A stretch of DNA of 64,000 nucleotides from Spartobacteria bacterium (GCA_040007175.1 JBDTVP010000008.1:1350-65349), one strand, 5' to 3'. Numbered from the stretch's first letter, positions 1-9,447 are shown. Program-made: numbers and translations. The notes: a model not told the origin generated them from the sequence alone.

Positions 1-49
1 CAAACTACGCGCCGCGACTGGCTGGGCGCCGACAGTCACTTTTTCCGAA

Positions 50-1540
50 ATGGTAGCAAAACTCGTAAGCGAGGCACAGATCACATTGAAATCTTCCAAA
101 CTGCTCATTTTCATTCCCACTTACAACGAGGCCGAGAATGCGGATCGACTCTGCCGTGAACTGAACGCCCTGAATCTTGGCGCCGATATTCTTTTTTGCG
201 ACGATGGATCGCCCGACGGCACGGGGGAAATCATCGACCGCTTGGCGCAGGAGTATTCGCACGTCCACGCCATGCATCGCGAGGGCAAACTCGGAATTGG
301 CAGCGCGCACCGGGACGGGATCCGATACGCTTACAGGCATGGCTACGAGACATTGGTCACGATGGACTGCGATTTTACTCACCAGCCGGTGGACGTGGAT
401 CGATTAATAACGCTCGCCCGAACGAGCGGTCGCGCCGTGGCAATTGGCTCGCGTTACATTGAGCGAGATAGTCTGCCCGGCTGGAATCTGATGCGCCGCT
501 CCCTCACCCATTTTGGCCACCTCCTCACGACTAATCTGCTCCGCCTACCCCAGGATGCAACGGGGGCCTTGCGCGTTTATCGACTCGACCTGCTTCCCGA
601 AGAGTTATTCGATCGGGTCCGCTCGTGTGGTTACTCCTTCTTCTTCGAAAGTCTTTTTGTTTTACACCGTAACGGTTTCGCAATCGAGGAGATGCCAATC
701 GCGTTGCCCGCTCGGACCTATGGGAGTTCGAAGATGTCACTACGCGAGACCTGGCGGAGCGCCTGCCGATTGTTGAAACTCTACCTGGCCAGCGTTCGGC
801 AACCCGATAGCTTCCTACTTTCCTCCCCACTGCAACCAATCCTGGGAGCAGAGGCGCCTCTCCTGGACCCTCAAGGTTGGGACAGTTACTGGACACGAGG
901 TCAGGACAAGAGTCGGCGAATCTATTCTACTATCGCCAGTATCTATCGGCGGCTCGCGATCCGACGGAATCTCAATCATTTCATCTCCAAGCATTTCGTC
1001 CCCGGCGATCGTCTACTCCACGCCGGTTGTGGCTCGGGACAGGTAGACACGCTTCTTACCCGGGAAATGAAAATTACCGCAGTGGACATCTCTCTGCCGG
1101 CCCTCGAATCCTATCGGCGGAACAACCCAAACGCGGAAGCAATCCGGCACGGCAACATCCTGCATCTCGACGACATGCCGAACGAAACTTTCGACGGCGC
1201 TTATAACCTTGGCGTGCTGGAGCACTTCACGCGCGACGAGATCGTGCAAATCTTGCACGAGATGGGTCGCACGGTAAAGCCGGGCGGCAAGGTAGTGATC
1301 TTCTGGCCGCACCGTCGGGCTACCAGTGTCTTTGTGATCAAACTGATGCATTGGGCGCTCGACCTCTTTCGCCGTCGCGGTGGGGAGCGGGTGCGCTTCC
1401 ACCCAGCCGAGATTTCTCTCCTCGAATCTCGCGAGCAGGCGCGCGAAGTCGTCGAATGTGCCGGGTTTAATCTGGTCGAGTATTATTTCGGGATGCGAGA
1501 CTTGTTTGTCCAGGCGGTGGTCGTTGGCTCCAAGCAGTGA
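50..1540 (+). CDS. Fusion protein: N-terminal GT2 polyprenol-phosphate glycosyl(mannosyl)transferase (Dpm1/Ppm1/ArnC-like) and C-terminal class I SAM-dependent methyltransferase domain
   Basis: 496-aa ORF. The N-terminus ('IFIPTYNEAEN', 'FCDDGSPDGT', 'MDCDFTHQP', 'GSRY') fits the DPM1-like GT2 signature. The C-terminus ('LLHAGCGSGQVD', 'LGVLEHF', 'VKPGGKVVIFWP') fits SAM-methyltransferase motifs. Confidence 0.75.
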   Translation: MVAKLVSEAQITLKSSKLLIFIPTYNEAENADRLCRELNALNLGADILFCDDGSPDGTGEIIDRLAQEYSHVHAMHREGKLGIGSAHRDGIRYAYRHGYETLVTMDCDFTHQPVDVDRLITLARTSGRAVAIGSRYIERDSLPGWNLMRRSLTHFGHLLTTNLLRLPQDATGALRVYRLDLLPEELFDRVRSCGYSFFFESLFVLHRNGFAIEEMPIALPARTYGSSKMSLRETWRSACRLLKLYLASVRQPDSFLLSSPLQPILGAEAPLLDPQGWDSYWTRGQDKSRRIYSTIASIYRRLAIRRNLNHFISKHFVPGDRLLHAGCGSGQVDTLLTREMKITAVDISLPALESYRRNNPNAEAIRHGNILHLDDMPNETFDGAYNLGVLEHFTRDEIVQILHEMGRTVKPGGKVVIFWPHRRATSVFVIKLMHWALDLFRRRGGERVRFHPAEISLLESREQAREVVECAGFNLVEYYFGMRDLFVQAVVVGSKQ

Positions 1541-3315
1541 ACGGCTCGGCCTTGCTCATTGGAACTGAACCCTCTGCGGCGCCAAGGAGCCGGGGCAAGG
1601 AAGCAGGGTCCGATTCCGCAATCCCACCTTCTCGCCTGACCAATATCGGACGACTGCTGGAGTGGATGGCTGCGTCTCTGCTGGCCCTTGCAGCAATCGC
1701 TTTACACATCCGATTTGTAACCCATGTCGGCGCACTTTGGCGGGATGAGACCAACAGTGTAAACATCGCAACGCTTCCCAGCCTTGCAGAAGTCTGGCAC
1801 TTCCTGGATTACGACTCGTTCCCGATCCTCTACTTTGCGGTCCTTCGCGCTTGGACAGGGGTTTTCGGGTCTGGTAACGACCAGGCTCTGCGCGCGCTCG
1901 GTTTGCTGATGGGATTAGGAATCCTCGGAGCCCTGTGGTCCAATGCGCGCGCCTTTGGCAGCCGCTTGCCGCTCCTTTCGTTTGCCCTCGTCGGATTGAA
2001 TCCAATGGTCGTGCGCTACGGCGATTCCAATCGGGCCTACGGGTTGGGGATTCTCCTCATTCTTCTTACACTCCGAAGTTTCTGGCGTTTGGTGGAATCG
2101 GCGGAAACTCCTACCGCCAGGCGGATCGCGGTATCCGCGGTGCTCGCGGTCTTGAGCGTGCAATGCCTCTATTACAATGCGGTCCTCTTATTGGCGGTCG
2201 CCGCCGGCGCGGCAGCCGTAGCGCTGCGGACGAAAGCGTGGCGGACCATTGGTATTATTTTCGGCATTGGGATTCTCGCGGCCGTCTCACTGTTGCCCTA
2301 CGCGCCAATCATCATCCGCATGCGAGCGTGGACCTTTATGGTGAGTTATCCGGCCACCCTTGGCTGGTTGTGGAAACGCGCCGGCGAAGTAATGGGCTCG
2401 CCAGACCCTTACGCCGTCTGGTTATGGATAGGTCTGATTGTTGTCGGTCTCGGCGTGGCCGTTGCAACAGGTATTTCCGCTCTCTATCGGCGAGATCCAA
2501 GAGCCAATGCGGAATCTCAGGGATCTTCAGGGGGTCTCCCAGGGCCGGTGCTCTTTGCCGGCGTAACGCTGGTCGTAGGGGTGGTCGCATATACCGTTTT
2601 TCTCAGGGTCCTGAACTACTACACTCAACCCTGGTACTATATCGCCCTAGTTGCTTTCATTGCTTGCGTCCTGGATATCCTGTTCGCGGGATGGCCTACA
2701 AATGGAAAGCGGATTTTTCCAGGAGAAGCCCTCCGTTGGTTAAGGCCGCTGGTCGCGCTCCTGCTGCTCTGCTTCACGCTGCCGGGGGCATGGAGCGAAA
2801 TGCCCACGAGACAGACAAACGTCGACCTTATCGCTGCACAGTTTGAGAAGACTTCCCAGAAAGGAGATGTGATTCTCGTTCCCCGCTGGGAGTGCGCGAT
2901 CACTTTGTGCCGATACTATCAAGGCGAGGCGGAGATCATCACCATCCCGCCAATCGCGGATCACCGCTTCCATCGTTACGACCTGATCCTGGAGCAGACG
3001 AGGAATGCCGATGCCTATCAGCCTGTCCTAGACCGGATGGAGCAGGCGCTGCGCTCCGGCCACCGCGTTCTCCTTGTCGATACTCTCCCGGTTCCTGATC
3101 CGAGCGTGAAGATTCCGGTTGCTTACGCGCCTTACCGGGATGCAAAGGGAGCTTGGCACGGTTCCCCCTACAACGAGATTTGGAAAGCCCACGCGGGACG
3201 CTTCCTAAGTGCCCACACCAAGCGCGGAGCAAATATCGAGGTGCTTCGACCTTCCGGAATCAAGGTGCAACGGTTTGAGGAACTCGCACCCGGCGTTGTG
3301 GAGGGCTGGCAGTAG
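1537..3315 (+). CDS. GT-C fold (GT39/ArnT/PMT-like) polytopic membrane glycosyltransferase with C-terminal soluble domain
   Basis: 592-aa ORF with many predicted TM helices followed by a ~170-aa hydrophilic tail. Its GTG start overlaps the upstream stop (GTGA). An alternative ATG lies at 1666. The family call rests on architecture and context, not on a strict motif. Confidence 0.55.
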   Translation: MNGSALLIGTEPSAAPRSRGKEAGSDSAIPPSRLTNIGRLLEWMAASLLALAAIALHIRFVTHVGALWRDETNSVNIATLPSLAEVWHFLDYDSFPILYFAVLRAWTGVFGSGNDQALRALGLLMGLGILGALWSNARAFGSRLPLLSFALVGLNPMVVRYGDSNRAYGLGILLILLTLRSFWRLVESAETPTARRIAVSAVLAVLSVQCLYYNAVLLLAVAAGAAAVALRTKAWRTIGIIFGIGILAAVSLLPYAPIIIRMRAWTFMVSYPATLGWLWKRAGEVMGSPDPYAVWLWIGLIVVGLGVAVATGISALYRRDPRANAESQGSSGGLPGPVLFAGVTLVVGVVAYTVFLRVLNYYTQPWYYIALVAFIACVLDILFAGWPTNGKRIFPGEALRWLRPLVALLLLCFTLPGAWSEMPTRQTNVDLIAAQFEKTSQKGDVILVPRWECAITLCRYYQGEAEIITIPPIADHRFHRYDLILEQTRNADAYQPVLDRMEQALRSGHRVLLVDTLPVPDPSVKIPVAYAPYRDAKGAWHGSPYNEIWKAHAGRFLSAHTKRGANIEVLRPSGIKVQRFEELAPGVVEGWQ

Positions 3316-3348
3316 GCCGCCGGCCGCTGCCTAGCTTAGAAGCTTAGC

Positions 3349-5214
3349 TCACTCCTGCGGAGGAGCCTTCACCTTTCTTTCCATCTCTTCTCGCAAAGCG
3401 ATAAACTCGGGCTGAGTTGGACTGAGCTTAATGGCTTGCGCGATCTCGCCCCGCGCGGCGGCCAAGTCACCGGCGCGAAAATGCGCCTTTGCAAGTAGGT
3501 AGAGAGTCTTCGCGTTGTGCTCGTCTTCTTCGAGTGCCTTGGCAAAAAAATCCGCCGCGAGACTCCAGCGGTTTTCATCGAAAGCCAGGACTCCAAGATT
3601 GTTGTAGCTCCCTTGATGCCGCGGATCCAATTGAAGAACTGTGAGATAGAATTGTTTCGCAGCCACCTTGTTGCCTTGCGCAAGCCTCAGGTTCCCGAGG
3701 GCGAAGTTTAGCTCCGCATTTTTCGGGACGTAGGCATAAGCGAGGTCGAGTTTCTCTTCCGCAGCGGCAAGGTTCTTCGATTGCAACGCTCGCAAACCGG
3801 AATTGTAGCTCTCCAGCGCCCAGAGTGAGGGGGCCCGTTGTGGGAGAGAGACAAACCATGTGCTGAGGGCCAGGAGGCCGAGGTAGAACACGGCGCGACG
3901 ATAGTGAGCATTTGCGCCCGCGTGCCAGAACTCCCAAAGCCCCGCGGCCGCGAAAAGAAGCAGCCCCGGTACTGCCGCCAGTCGATAGCGTTCGGTCACG
4001 AAAACGCCCATGAGCGAAAACAAGTGCAGCAGCACGGCCGCCGCCATCCAGCGCGAAAGTGGAAATTTGCGCCAGGTCAGGAACAGGCCCGGCAGCGCCA
4101 AGGCGGCGACAATGCCAAACCGAATTCCGGGGAAAATGACTCCTTCCGCACGCAGCGTATCGATGATGCTGAGATCGTCGTATTGGAAGGCGTTCCAGAA
4201 ATTTCCAATCTTGATCCCTAACAGCTGGAGCCAGGCGCCAGGATTTTGTTTAATCCAGGCGCGGGCTTTCTGCGACCAATAGGCGGAGACTTCGGAGCGT
4301 TTGAGCGGATGGCCAGCTGCTCTTTCGGCGGTATCGATCGAGTCTTTGAGCATCGCCTTCTGCCCGGCGCGCAATCCAGGAGGGAATCGCGGATAGCCGT
4401 TGGCCTGGGGATTATTCCCGATCCAGAAATTCACCCCGCCGTGGGCCGACAGAAAAACCGGGTCACGCGCAATGAAATAGTTGTGAAGCGCAGCCGGAGA
4501 CGCGCCGAGGAAAATCCCTACGGCAAAAAGCGCGAGACGCGCCCATTGGCTGGAAAGCACCGCCTTCCAGCGCAGGAAGAATGCCGCGACGACGAGCGGA
4601 AAGAGGAAGAGAATCGTTGCGATGCCCATGGCGGTAAAACCAATGAGCACACCAAGGAGCAAGCAGACAGGAAGAGGCGGGGCTGCCCTGCGCCTGACGA
4701 TGTCCCAAACGACGAACCAGAAAACGATCACCAGCCAGACTGTCGGCATAAGAATGACCGAGTAGGCCTGAGCGGGTTGGAAGAATGCCCAGCCGAATGC
4801 GGCGGAGAGGCCGATGATCTGACCGCGCCGGCCTGTCTCTTCGCTCGCGAAAACCCGGATCCCGAGCTGATAAATGAGGACGGCGGTTCCTCCCTCGAGT
4901 CCGGCCTGGAGAAAGCCCGGAACAAACGGGTTATATCCGCAAAGTTTGTAAATACCAGCCAGCAGGTAGGCATAAAGCGGCAAACCGTAGAAAGCGGTCT
5001 GCTCGCTCCAACGGCCGCGCAGGATTCGCAGCGCCCATTCGTTGTAGAAATGCATGTCACCACCGGTTGGGAGGAGAAACTGGCTCTCGGTCAGACGCTC
5101 CAGCACGAACAAACGCAGCACGAAGACGCCCAAAAACACACCCAAAGCCGGCGAGATCGACCTCAGTGTGTTCGGTCGGAATTTCATGAACAGCGTGGAA
5201 GAGGAGTTAACCAC
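3349..5214 (-). CDS. GT-C (GT39/PMT_2-like) membrane glycosyltransferase fused to C-terminal TPR repeats
   Basis: 621-aa ORF with a polytopic N-terminal ~460 aa. The C-terminal ~150 aa shows clear TPR periodicity ('AELNFALGNLRLAQGNKVAAKQFYLTVLQLDPRHQGSYNNLGVLAF'). Confidence 0.6.
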   Translation of the reverse strand: MVNSSSTLFMKFRPNTLRSISPALGVFLGVFVLRLFVLERLTESQFLLPTGGDMHFYNEWALRILRGRWSEQTAFYGLPLYAYLLAGIYKLCGYNPFVPGFLQAGLEGGTAVLIYQLGIRVFASEETGRRGQIIGLSAAFGWAFFQPAQAYSVILMPTVWLVIVFWFVVWDIVRRRAAPPLPVCLLLGVLIGFTAMGIATILFLFPLVVAAFFLRWKAVLSSQWARLALFAVGIFLGASPAALHNYFIARDPVFLSAHGGVNFWIGNNPQANGYPRFPPGLRAGQKAMLKDSIDTAERAAGHPLKRSEVSAYWSQKARAWIKQNPGAWLQLLGIKIGNFWNAFQYDDLSIIDTLRAEGVIFPGIRFGIVAALALPGLFLTWRKFPLSRWMAAAVLLHLFSLMGVFVTERYRLAAVPGLLLFAAAGLWEFWHAGANAHYRRAVFYLGLLALSTWFVSLPQRAPSLWALESYNSGLRALQSKNLAAAEEKLDLAYAYVPKNAELNFALGNLRLAQGNKVAAKQFYLTVLQLDPRHQGSYNNLGVLAFDENRWSLAADFFAKALEEDEHNAKTLYLLAKAHFRAGDLAAARGEIAQAIKLSPTQPEFIALREEMERKVKAPPQE

Positions 5215-5319
5215 GGATTCTACGCTGGGTTGGCATCAACGCTGCTTTAGAAGGGAGGTAATCCGCGATGGAACGGCGGACGCAATCAAATAGAAATAAA
5301 CCAGATAGAAAGCAATAGC

Positions 5320-5724
5320 ATGTTACAAAAACTCACCAAAAATCGCGGGGGCTTCACCCTCGTTGAAATCATGATCGTTGTCGCGATCATCGCCTTGCTG
5401 GCGGCCATTGCGGTTCCGGGATTCCTCCGGGCTCGTAAACGTTCGCAGGCAAGCCGTGTCATCAATGATCTGCGCTTGATCGACGCCGCCGTCGACCAAT
5501 ATGCGATCGAAAACAATCGGGCCACGAATTCCACTGTCCCAATTGCCGCCTGGACGGCCTACCTGAAAAAAGGAACTGCGCTCTACAATACGGGCAAGGA
5601 CCTTTTCAGTAATTCCTACAATGCACAGACCGTGGATAGTCTGCCGCTGATTCCGCTGAACACCTACAACACCTTGTCGGATGTGGCGGATTCGTCCTTC
5701 TGGGCTCCTTATTCGACGAAGTAA
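5320..5724 (+). CDS. Prepilin-type N-terminal cleavage/methylation domain protein (type IV pilin / T2SS pseudopilin-like)
   Basis: 134 aa. The N-terminus 'GFTLVEIMIVVAIIALLAAIAVPGF' is the canonical prepilin peptidase site plus hydrophobic helix. Confidence 0.85.
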   Translation: MLQKLTKNRGGFTLVEIMIVVAIIALLAAIAVPGFLRARKRSQASRVINDLRLIDAAVDQYAIENNRATNSTVPIAAWTAYLKKGTALYNTGKDLFSNSYNAQTVDSLPLIPLNTYNTLSDVADSSFWAPYSTK

Positions 5725-5746
5725 GGAATCTGACGATTCATTCGCC

Positions 5747-5780
5747 TGTCATCCCGAATGCGGGGTGGCAGGGAATGAGG
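5747..5780 (+). repeat. Solo half-copy of the TTGTCATCCCGA-type REP/REPIN-like element
   Basis: TGTCATCCCGAATGCGGGGTGGCAGGGAATGAGG matches the arm consensus TGTCATCCCGA-N(10-16)-GAGGGA seen at 52129, 59004 and 61793. No inverted partner lies downstream. Confidence 0.55.
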
Positions 5781-5894
5781 TGTCCGATTAGTTCTCGCAA
5801 ACTCCCGTCGCTTTTGAACCGACCGTCCGCGGCGGAAAATTTGCCCTGCAAATCTCCCGGTAGCGTGATCACACATCGTCTCGAGGAAACAGAA

Positions 5895-8009
5895 ATGGCG
5901 CTCGATCCGGCGATTGGACCTGCGACTTCGCTGCGGCAGAAACTCGCCTGCCATCTGCAAAGCGATCTGCTCCGATCGATGTTCCTGGTTTTGCTCGCCG
6001 TGGCGGTCCATGTGCCGGCGTTATCGGGTGAATTGATTTGGGATGATCGCTATCTCGCGCACGACAATCCGTTCATCAAGAGCCCTCTCTTCATCCTGGA
6101 GGTGTTTCGGCATCACCTTTTTCTCGATTCATTCTCACCGCATTACCGGCCGGTGCAGAATCTCTCCTACATGTTCGATTACTTTTTCTGGAACACGAAC
6201 ACATTCGGTTTTCACCTGACCAATGTCATGCTGCACGCGGCGAGCGGGCTTCTCCTCTATTTCCTCCTGAAGCGACTCTTCCGGACCTTTCTGCAAGGGC
6301 GCGGCGCGGCCACCGAAGTTAAGGAATCACTTACTTCTGCCGCGTCATTCTTCGTCGCGCTTCTCTGGACTGTGCATCCAGTCCACAGCGCGGCTGTCGA
6401 TTACATCTCTGGCCGGGCGGACAGCCTGGCCGCTCTTTTTTCCTGTGGCGGATGGCTTCTCTTTTTGAAGGCACGCTCGGCACGAGCGGGTTGGGCGCGG
6501 GGGGCCTTCAGGGGATGCGCTGTGCTTTCGGCCCTCCTTGCTCTCGGTTCTCGCGAAACCGCCGGCCTTTGGTTGCTGCTTTTCCTTCTCTACCATCTCG
6601 GATTTGAGAAAACCATGAGCCGGCGGGCGAAGGCATTCCTGCTCGCGGCCTGTATCTGTTTTTTCGCGCTCTACACCGGATTGCGTCAGCTTCCGGGATC
6701 TCGCTCAAGCCAGGGACCTTCCCATGAATGGAGTAAACCGATGCGAGGCGTCCTGATGCTCCGCGCCTTGGGCGACTACGGCCGTCTCATGATCTTCCCC
6801 ACCCACCTTCACATGGAGCGCACCGTCCTATCGGGAGAAAGCTATCGCGATGCCGCGAGTTGGGAACGCTCGGCCGGGACCGAGTATCTCTCCATTGGCG
6901 GGCTCGCCCTGGTCGCGCTCTTGTTGGCAGCTTGCAAACGGCGCGGCCCGGCCCAAGGCCTCCGGATCTTCGGCGCAACCTGGTTTCTGATCTCTTATCT
7001 CCCCACCTCAAACATCGTCAGTCTGAACGCTACGGTGGCTGAACATTGGCTCTACCTTCCGAGCATTGGTTTGCTCATCTTTCTCGCGGGCTGCGCGCTA
7101 GATCTCCCCGTCCGCTGGCGCAAAGGCCTGATGGTGGGAGCATCTTGCGCGGTCGTCGCACTCAGCGCGCGGAGCGCCTTTCGCAGCGCCGATTGGCTTA
7201 CTCCGGAGATTTTTTATCAGCGCACTCTGGCCGAGGGCGGATCTGGGGTGCGGATCGTCATCAACCTTGCCCTCATCTACTCGGGGCGCGGTGAATATGG
7301 GAAAGCGGAAGCACTTTGCCGCAGAGTCTTGGCCATTGACCCGAACTATCCGATGGCCCGCAACAATCTCGCCCATGTCCTTTCCCGGCAGGGCAAGCTG
7401 AAGGAAGCCGAGGCCCTTTTTGTCGCGGACAGCAAAGCGGCCGAAACAGGGCGCAAGGAATTTCCGCGCACCTGGATTGCCGCCTGTAATCTTGCACGCC
7501 TGCGCCATTTCCAGAAAAACGATCAAGCCGCCTTCGCCATTCTCGACCAGGCGCGGAAAGATTATCCGGACGTTTGGGAATTGGTCAGCTACAACGCGGA
7601 ACTGGTCCGCGAAAGCAAGGGGCCAGACGCAGCCCTGGGAGTCGTGGAAGATTTCGCGCGAAAAAATTGGTGGCATTATGGTGCGGCGGTTGGTTTGGGT
7701 CGGCTCTATGCCCAGAAGGGCGATGTCCCGCGCGCCGAAACCGCGCTCCGTCACGCCAGTTGGCTGGACGTGCACGATGCCGAAGCTCTCAACCTCGTGG
7801 CCTCAATGAGTCTGCGCCAGAATCGCCTCGAGGACGCCTATCGAACGCAGCGCCGTGCCGTGGCGCGGCAACCCGATCAACCCCGGCAATACGTTCTCCT
7901 CTCCAATATTCTCGAGAAAATGGGACGGCCCGACGAAGCAAAGATGGCCGGTGCCGAAGTCGCGCGCCTCGAAAGCCTTGGTCGGCTGAACGCCGCTCTC
8001 GTAAATTAA
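5895..8009 (+). CDS. TMTC-like membrane protein: polytopic N-terminal domain plus C-terminal TPR repeats; putative protein O-glycosyl(mannosyl)transferase
   Basis: The ORF is open from 5775, but that extension covers the REP half-copy, so the ATG at 5895 is preferred. The 'LIWDDRYLAHDNPFIKSP' region and multi-TM N-terminus resemble bacterial TMTC/DUF1736-type proteins. The C-terminal ~280 aa is TPR. Confidence 0.6.
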   Translation: MALDPAIGPATSLRQKLACHLQSDLLRSMFLVLLAVAVHVPALSGELIWDDRYLAHDNPFIKSPLFILEVFRHHLFLDSFSPHYRPVQNLSYMFDYFFWNTNTFGFHLTNVMLHAASGLLLYFLLKRLFRTFLQGRGAATEVKESLTSAASFFVALLWTVHPVHSAAVDYISGRADSLAALFSCGGWLLFLKARSARAGWARGAFRGCAVLSALLALGSRETAGLWLLLFLLYHLGFEKTMSRRAKAFLLAACICFFALYTGLRQLPGSRSSQGPSHEWSKPMRGVLMLRALGDYGRLMIFPTHLHMERTVLSGESYRDAASWERSAGTEYLSIGGLALVALLLAACKRRGPAQGLRIFGATWFLISYLPTSNIVSLNATVAEHWLYLPSIGLLIFLAGCALDLPVRWRKGLMVGASCAVVALSARSAFRSADWLTPEIFYQRTLAEGGSGVRIVINLALIYSGRGEYGKAEALCRRVLAIDPNYPMARNNLAHVLSRQGKLKEAEALFVADSKAAETGRKEFPRTWIAACNLARLRHFQKNDQAAFAILDQARKDYPDVWELVSYNAELVRESKGPDAALGVVEDFARKNWWHYGAAVGLGRLYAQKGDVPRAETALRHASWLDVHDAEALNLVASMSLRQNRLEDAYRTQRRAVARQPDQPRQYVLLSNILEKMGRPDEAKMAGAEVARLESLGRLNAALVN

Positions 8010-8091
8010 GCGACCGCTGTCGCGTTCCTCGGTCAGGAGGATTTGACAACAAAAGGCGCACCGCTACCATCGGCCGCGCGAGCGGAGACTT

Positions 8092-9093
8092 ATGTCTGCG
8101 AAAATATTCACCGACAAAGAGGTCAATCTCGGCCCGCTTCTCGACAAGACTTGCGCGGTCATCGGCTATGGGGCCCAAGGCCGGGCTCACGCCCTCAACC
8201 TGCGCGACAGCGGAATCCGGGTCATTGTCGGTCTGCTCCCGAAGAGCCGGTCCCGCGTCAGCGCGCGCCGGGAAGGTCTTCGCCTAACGACCACGGCCGC
8301 GGCAGTCCGCCGGGCGGATATCATCTTCCTCGCTCTCCCCGACACCAAGATGTCGGAAATTTACCGGCTCGAGATCGCGCCTCACCTTCGCCCGGGGCAG
8401 ACCCTCCTCTTCGCCCACGGCTTCGCCATTCACTACCGCACGATCGTTCCGCCTAACGACGTCGACGTCGTCATGGTCGCGCCCAAGGGGCTGGGTCCGA
8501 TGGTTCGCACCCAGTTTGTCGCTGGTAAAGGCGTCCCCTGCGTCGTCGCGATTGAACAGGATGCCAGCGGTCATGCTCGCCAGCTCGCTCTCGCCTACGC
8601 CAAGGCGATCGGCGGCACCCGGGCCGGCGTCATCGAAACCACCTTCCGCGAGGAAACCGAAGCCGATCTTTTCGCCGAGCAGGCCGTCTTATGCGGCGGA
8701 ATGAGCGCGCTGGTCCAGGCCGGCTTCGAAACTCTGGTGGAGGCTGGCTACCAACCGGAAATGGCCTATTTCGAATGTCTCCATGAGTTGAAATTCATCG
8801 TCGACCTGATGCATCGGGCCGGCCTCAGCGGGATGCGCGCGCGCATCTCAGAGACGGCCAAATGGGGGGACGTTTCCGTCGGGCCCAAGATCATCGATGC
8901 GAGCGTCAAGCGCCGGATGCAAGAGGCCCTCCGCCAGGTGCAAAGCGGGCAATTCGCCAAGGGTTGGCTGCGCGAAACAGCGACCGGGCGAAAGCGATAC
9001 CAGCGTTTGCTCAAGCAAGGAGAGAAACAGCGGATAGAACAAGTAGGGGAACGCTTGCGCCGCTTGATGCCCTGGCTCGACGATAAAAACTAG
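8092..9093 (+). CDS. ilvC: Ketol-acid reductoisomerase (class I)
   Basis: 333 aa with the 'GYGAQGRAHALNLRDSG' NADP-binding motif. KARI similarity runs along the whole length. Confidence 0.95.
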   Translation: MSAKIFTDKEVNLGPLLDKTCAVIGYGAQGRAHALNLRDSGIRVIVGLLPKSRSRVSARREGLRLTTTAAAVRRADIIFLALPDTKMSEIYRLEIAPHLRPGQTLLFAHGFAIHYRTIVPPNDVDVVMVAPKGLGPMVRTQFVAGKGVPCVVAIEQDASGHARQLALAYAKAIGGTRAGVIETTFREETEADLFAEQAVLCGGMSALVQAGFETLVEAGYQPEMAYFECLHELKFIVDLMHRAGLSGMRARISETAKWGDVSVGPKIIDASVKRRMQEALRQVQSGQFAKGWLRETATGRKRYQRLLKQGEKQRIEQVGERLRRLMPWLDDKN

Positions 9094-9101
9094 ACGGGGC
9101 C

Positions 9102-9125
9102 GCGTGCCGTCCGAAAACGGCACGC
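9102..9125. terminator. 9-bp GC-rich hairpin between convergent ilvC and a small minus-strand ORF
   Basis: GCGTGCCGT-ccgaaa-ACGGCACGC, 9 nt after the ilvC stop. There is no clear U-tract. Confidence 0.4.
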
Positions 9126-9153
9126 CGCAGCAGCGAAAACCTTTCGCCTTCGC

Positions 9154-9447
9154 CTAACGACTCACAAACGTGCCGCGCCCGATGATCAGGATCGGCGTCG
9201 TGGTGGTCGGGACGGCCGTGAAATATGCGATCGGCTTCGGAATGGCCGAGGCCGAGGACATCACATAGTAAACAACCTTCTTCTGCGCGGGCATTTCCTG
9301 CGCCATGTGGGGACGGCCAGTCTTCATCGAAGTCCGATCAATCGTCGGACCAGCGAAGGCTGTGGCACACAGCATGGTTCCGAGGGCGCCGCCCACGGAA
9401 AGCAGAAACAAGCCGCGCAGATGGAACCATCCGCTTCTTGTATTCAT
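9154..9447 (-). CDS. Small secreted/membrane hypothetical protein
   Basis: The ORF is open to 9483; the ATG at 9447 gives a signal-peptide-like N-terminus ('MNTRSGWFHLRGLFLLSVGGALGTMLCATAFAG'). Its stop TAG lies inside the CCTAACGA motif at 9153. Confidence 0.4.
   Translation of the reverse strand: MNTRSGWFHLRGLFLLSVGGALGTMLCATAFAGPTIDRTSMKTGRPHMAQEMPAQKKVVYYVMSSASAIPKPIAYFTAVPTTTTPILIIGRGTFVSR

Noticed and set aside
5-382. 125-aa minus-strand ORF at the left edge
   Set aside because: It overlaps the GT2 domain ORF (50-1540), which has strong family motifs. There is no support for the antisense frame.
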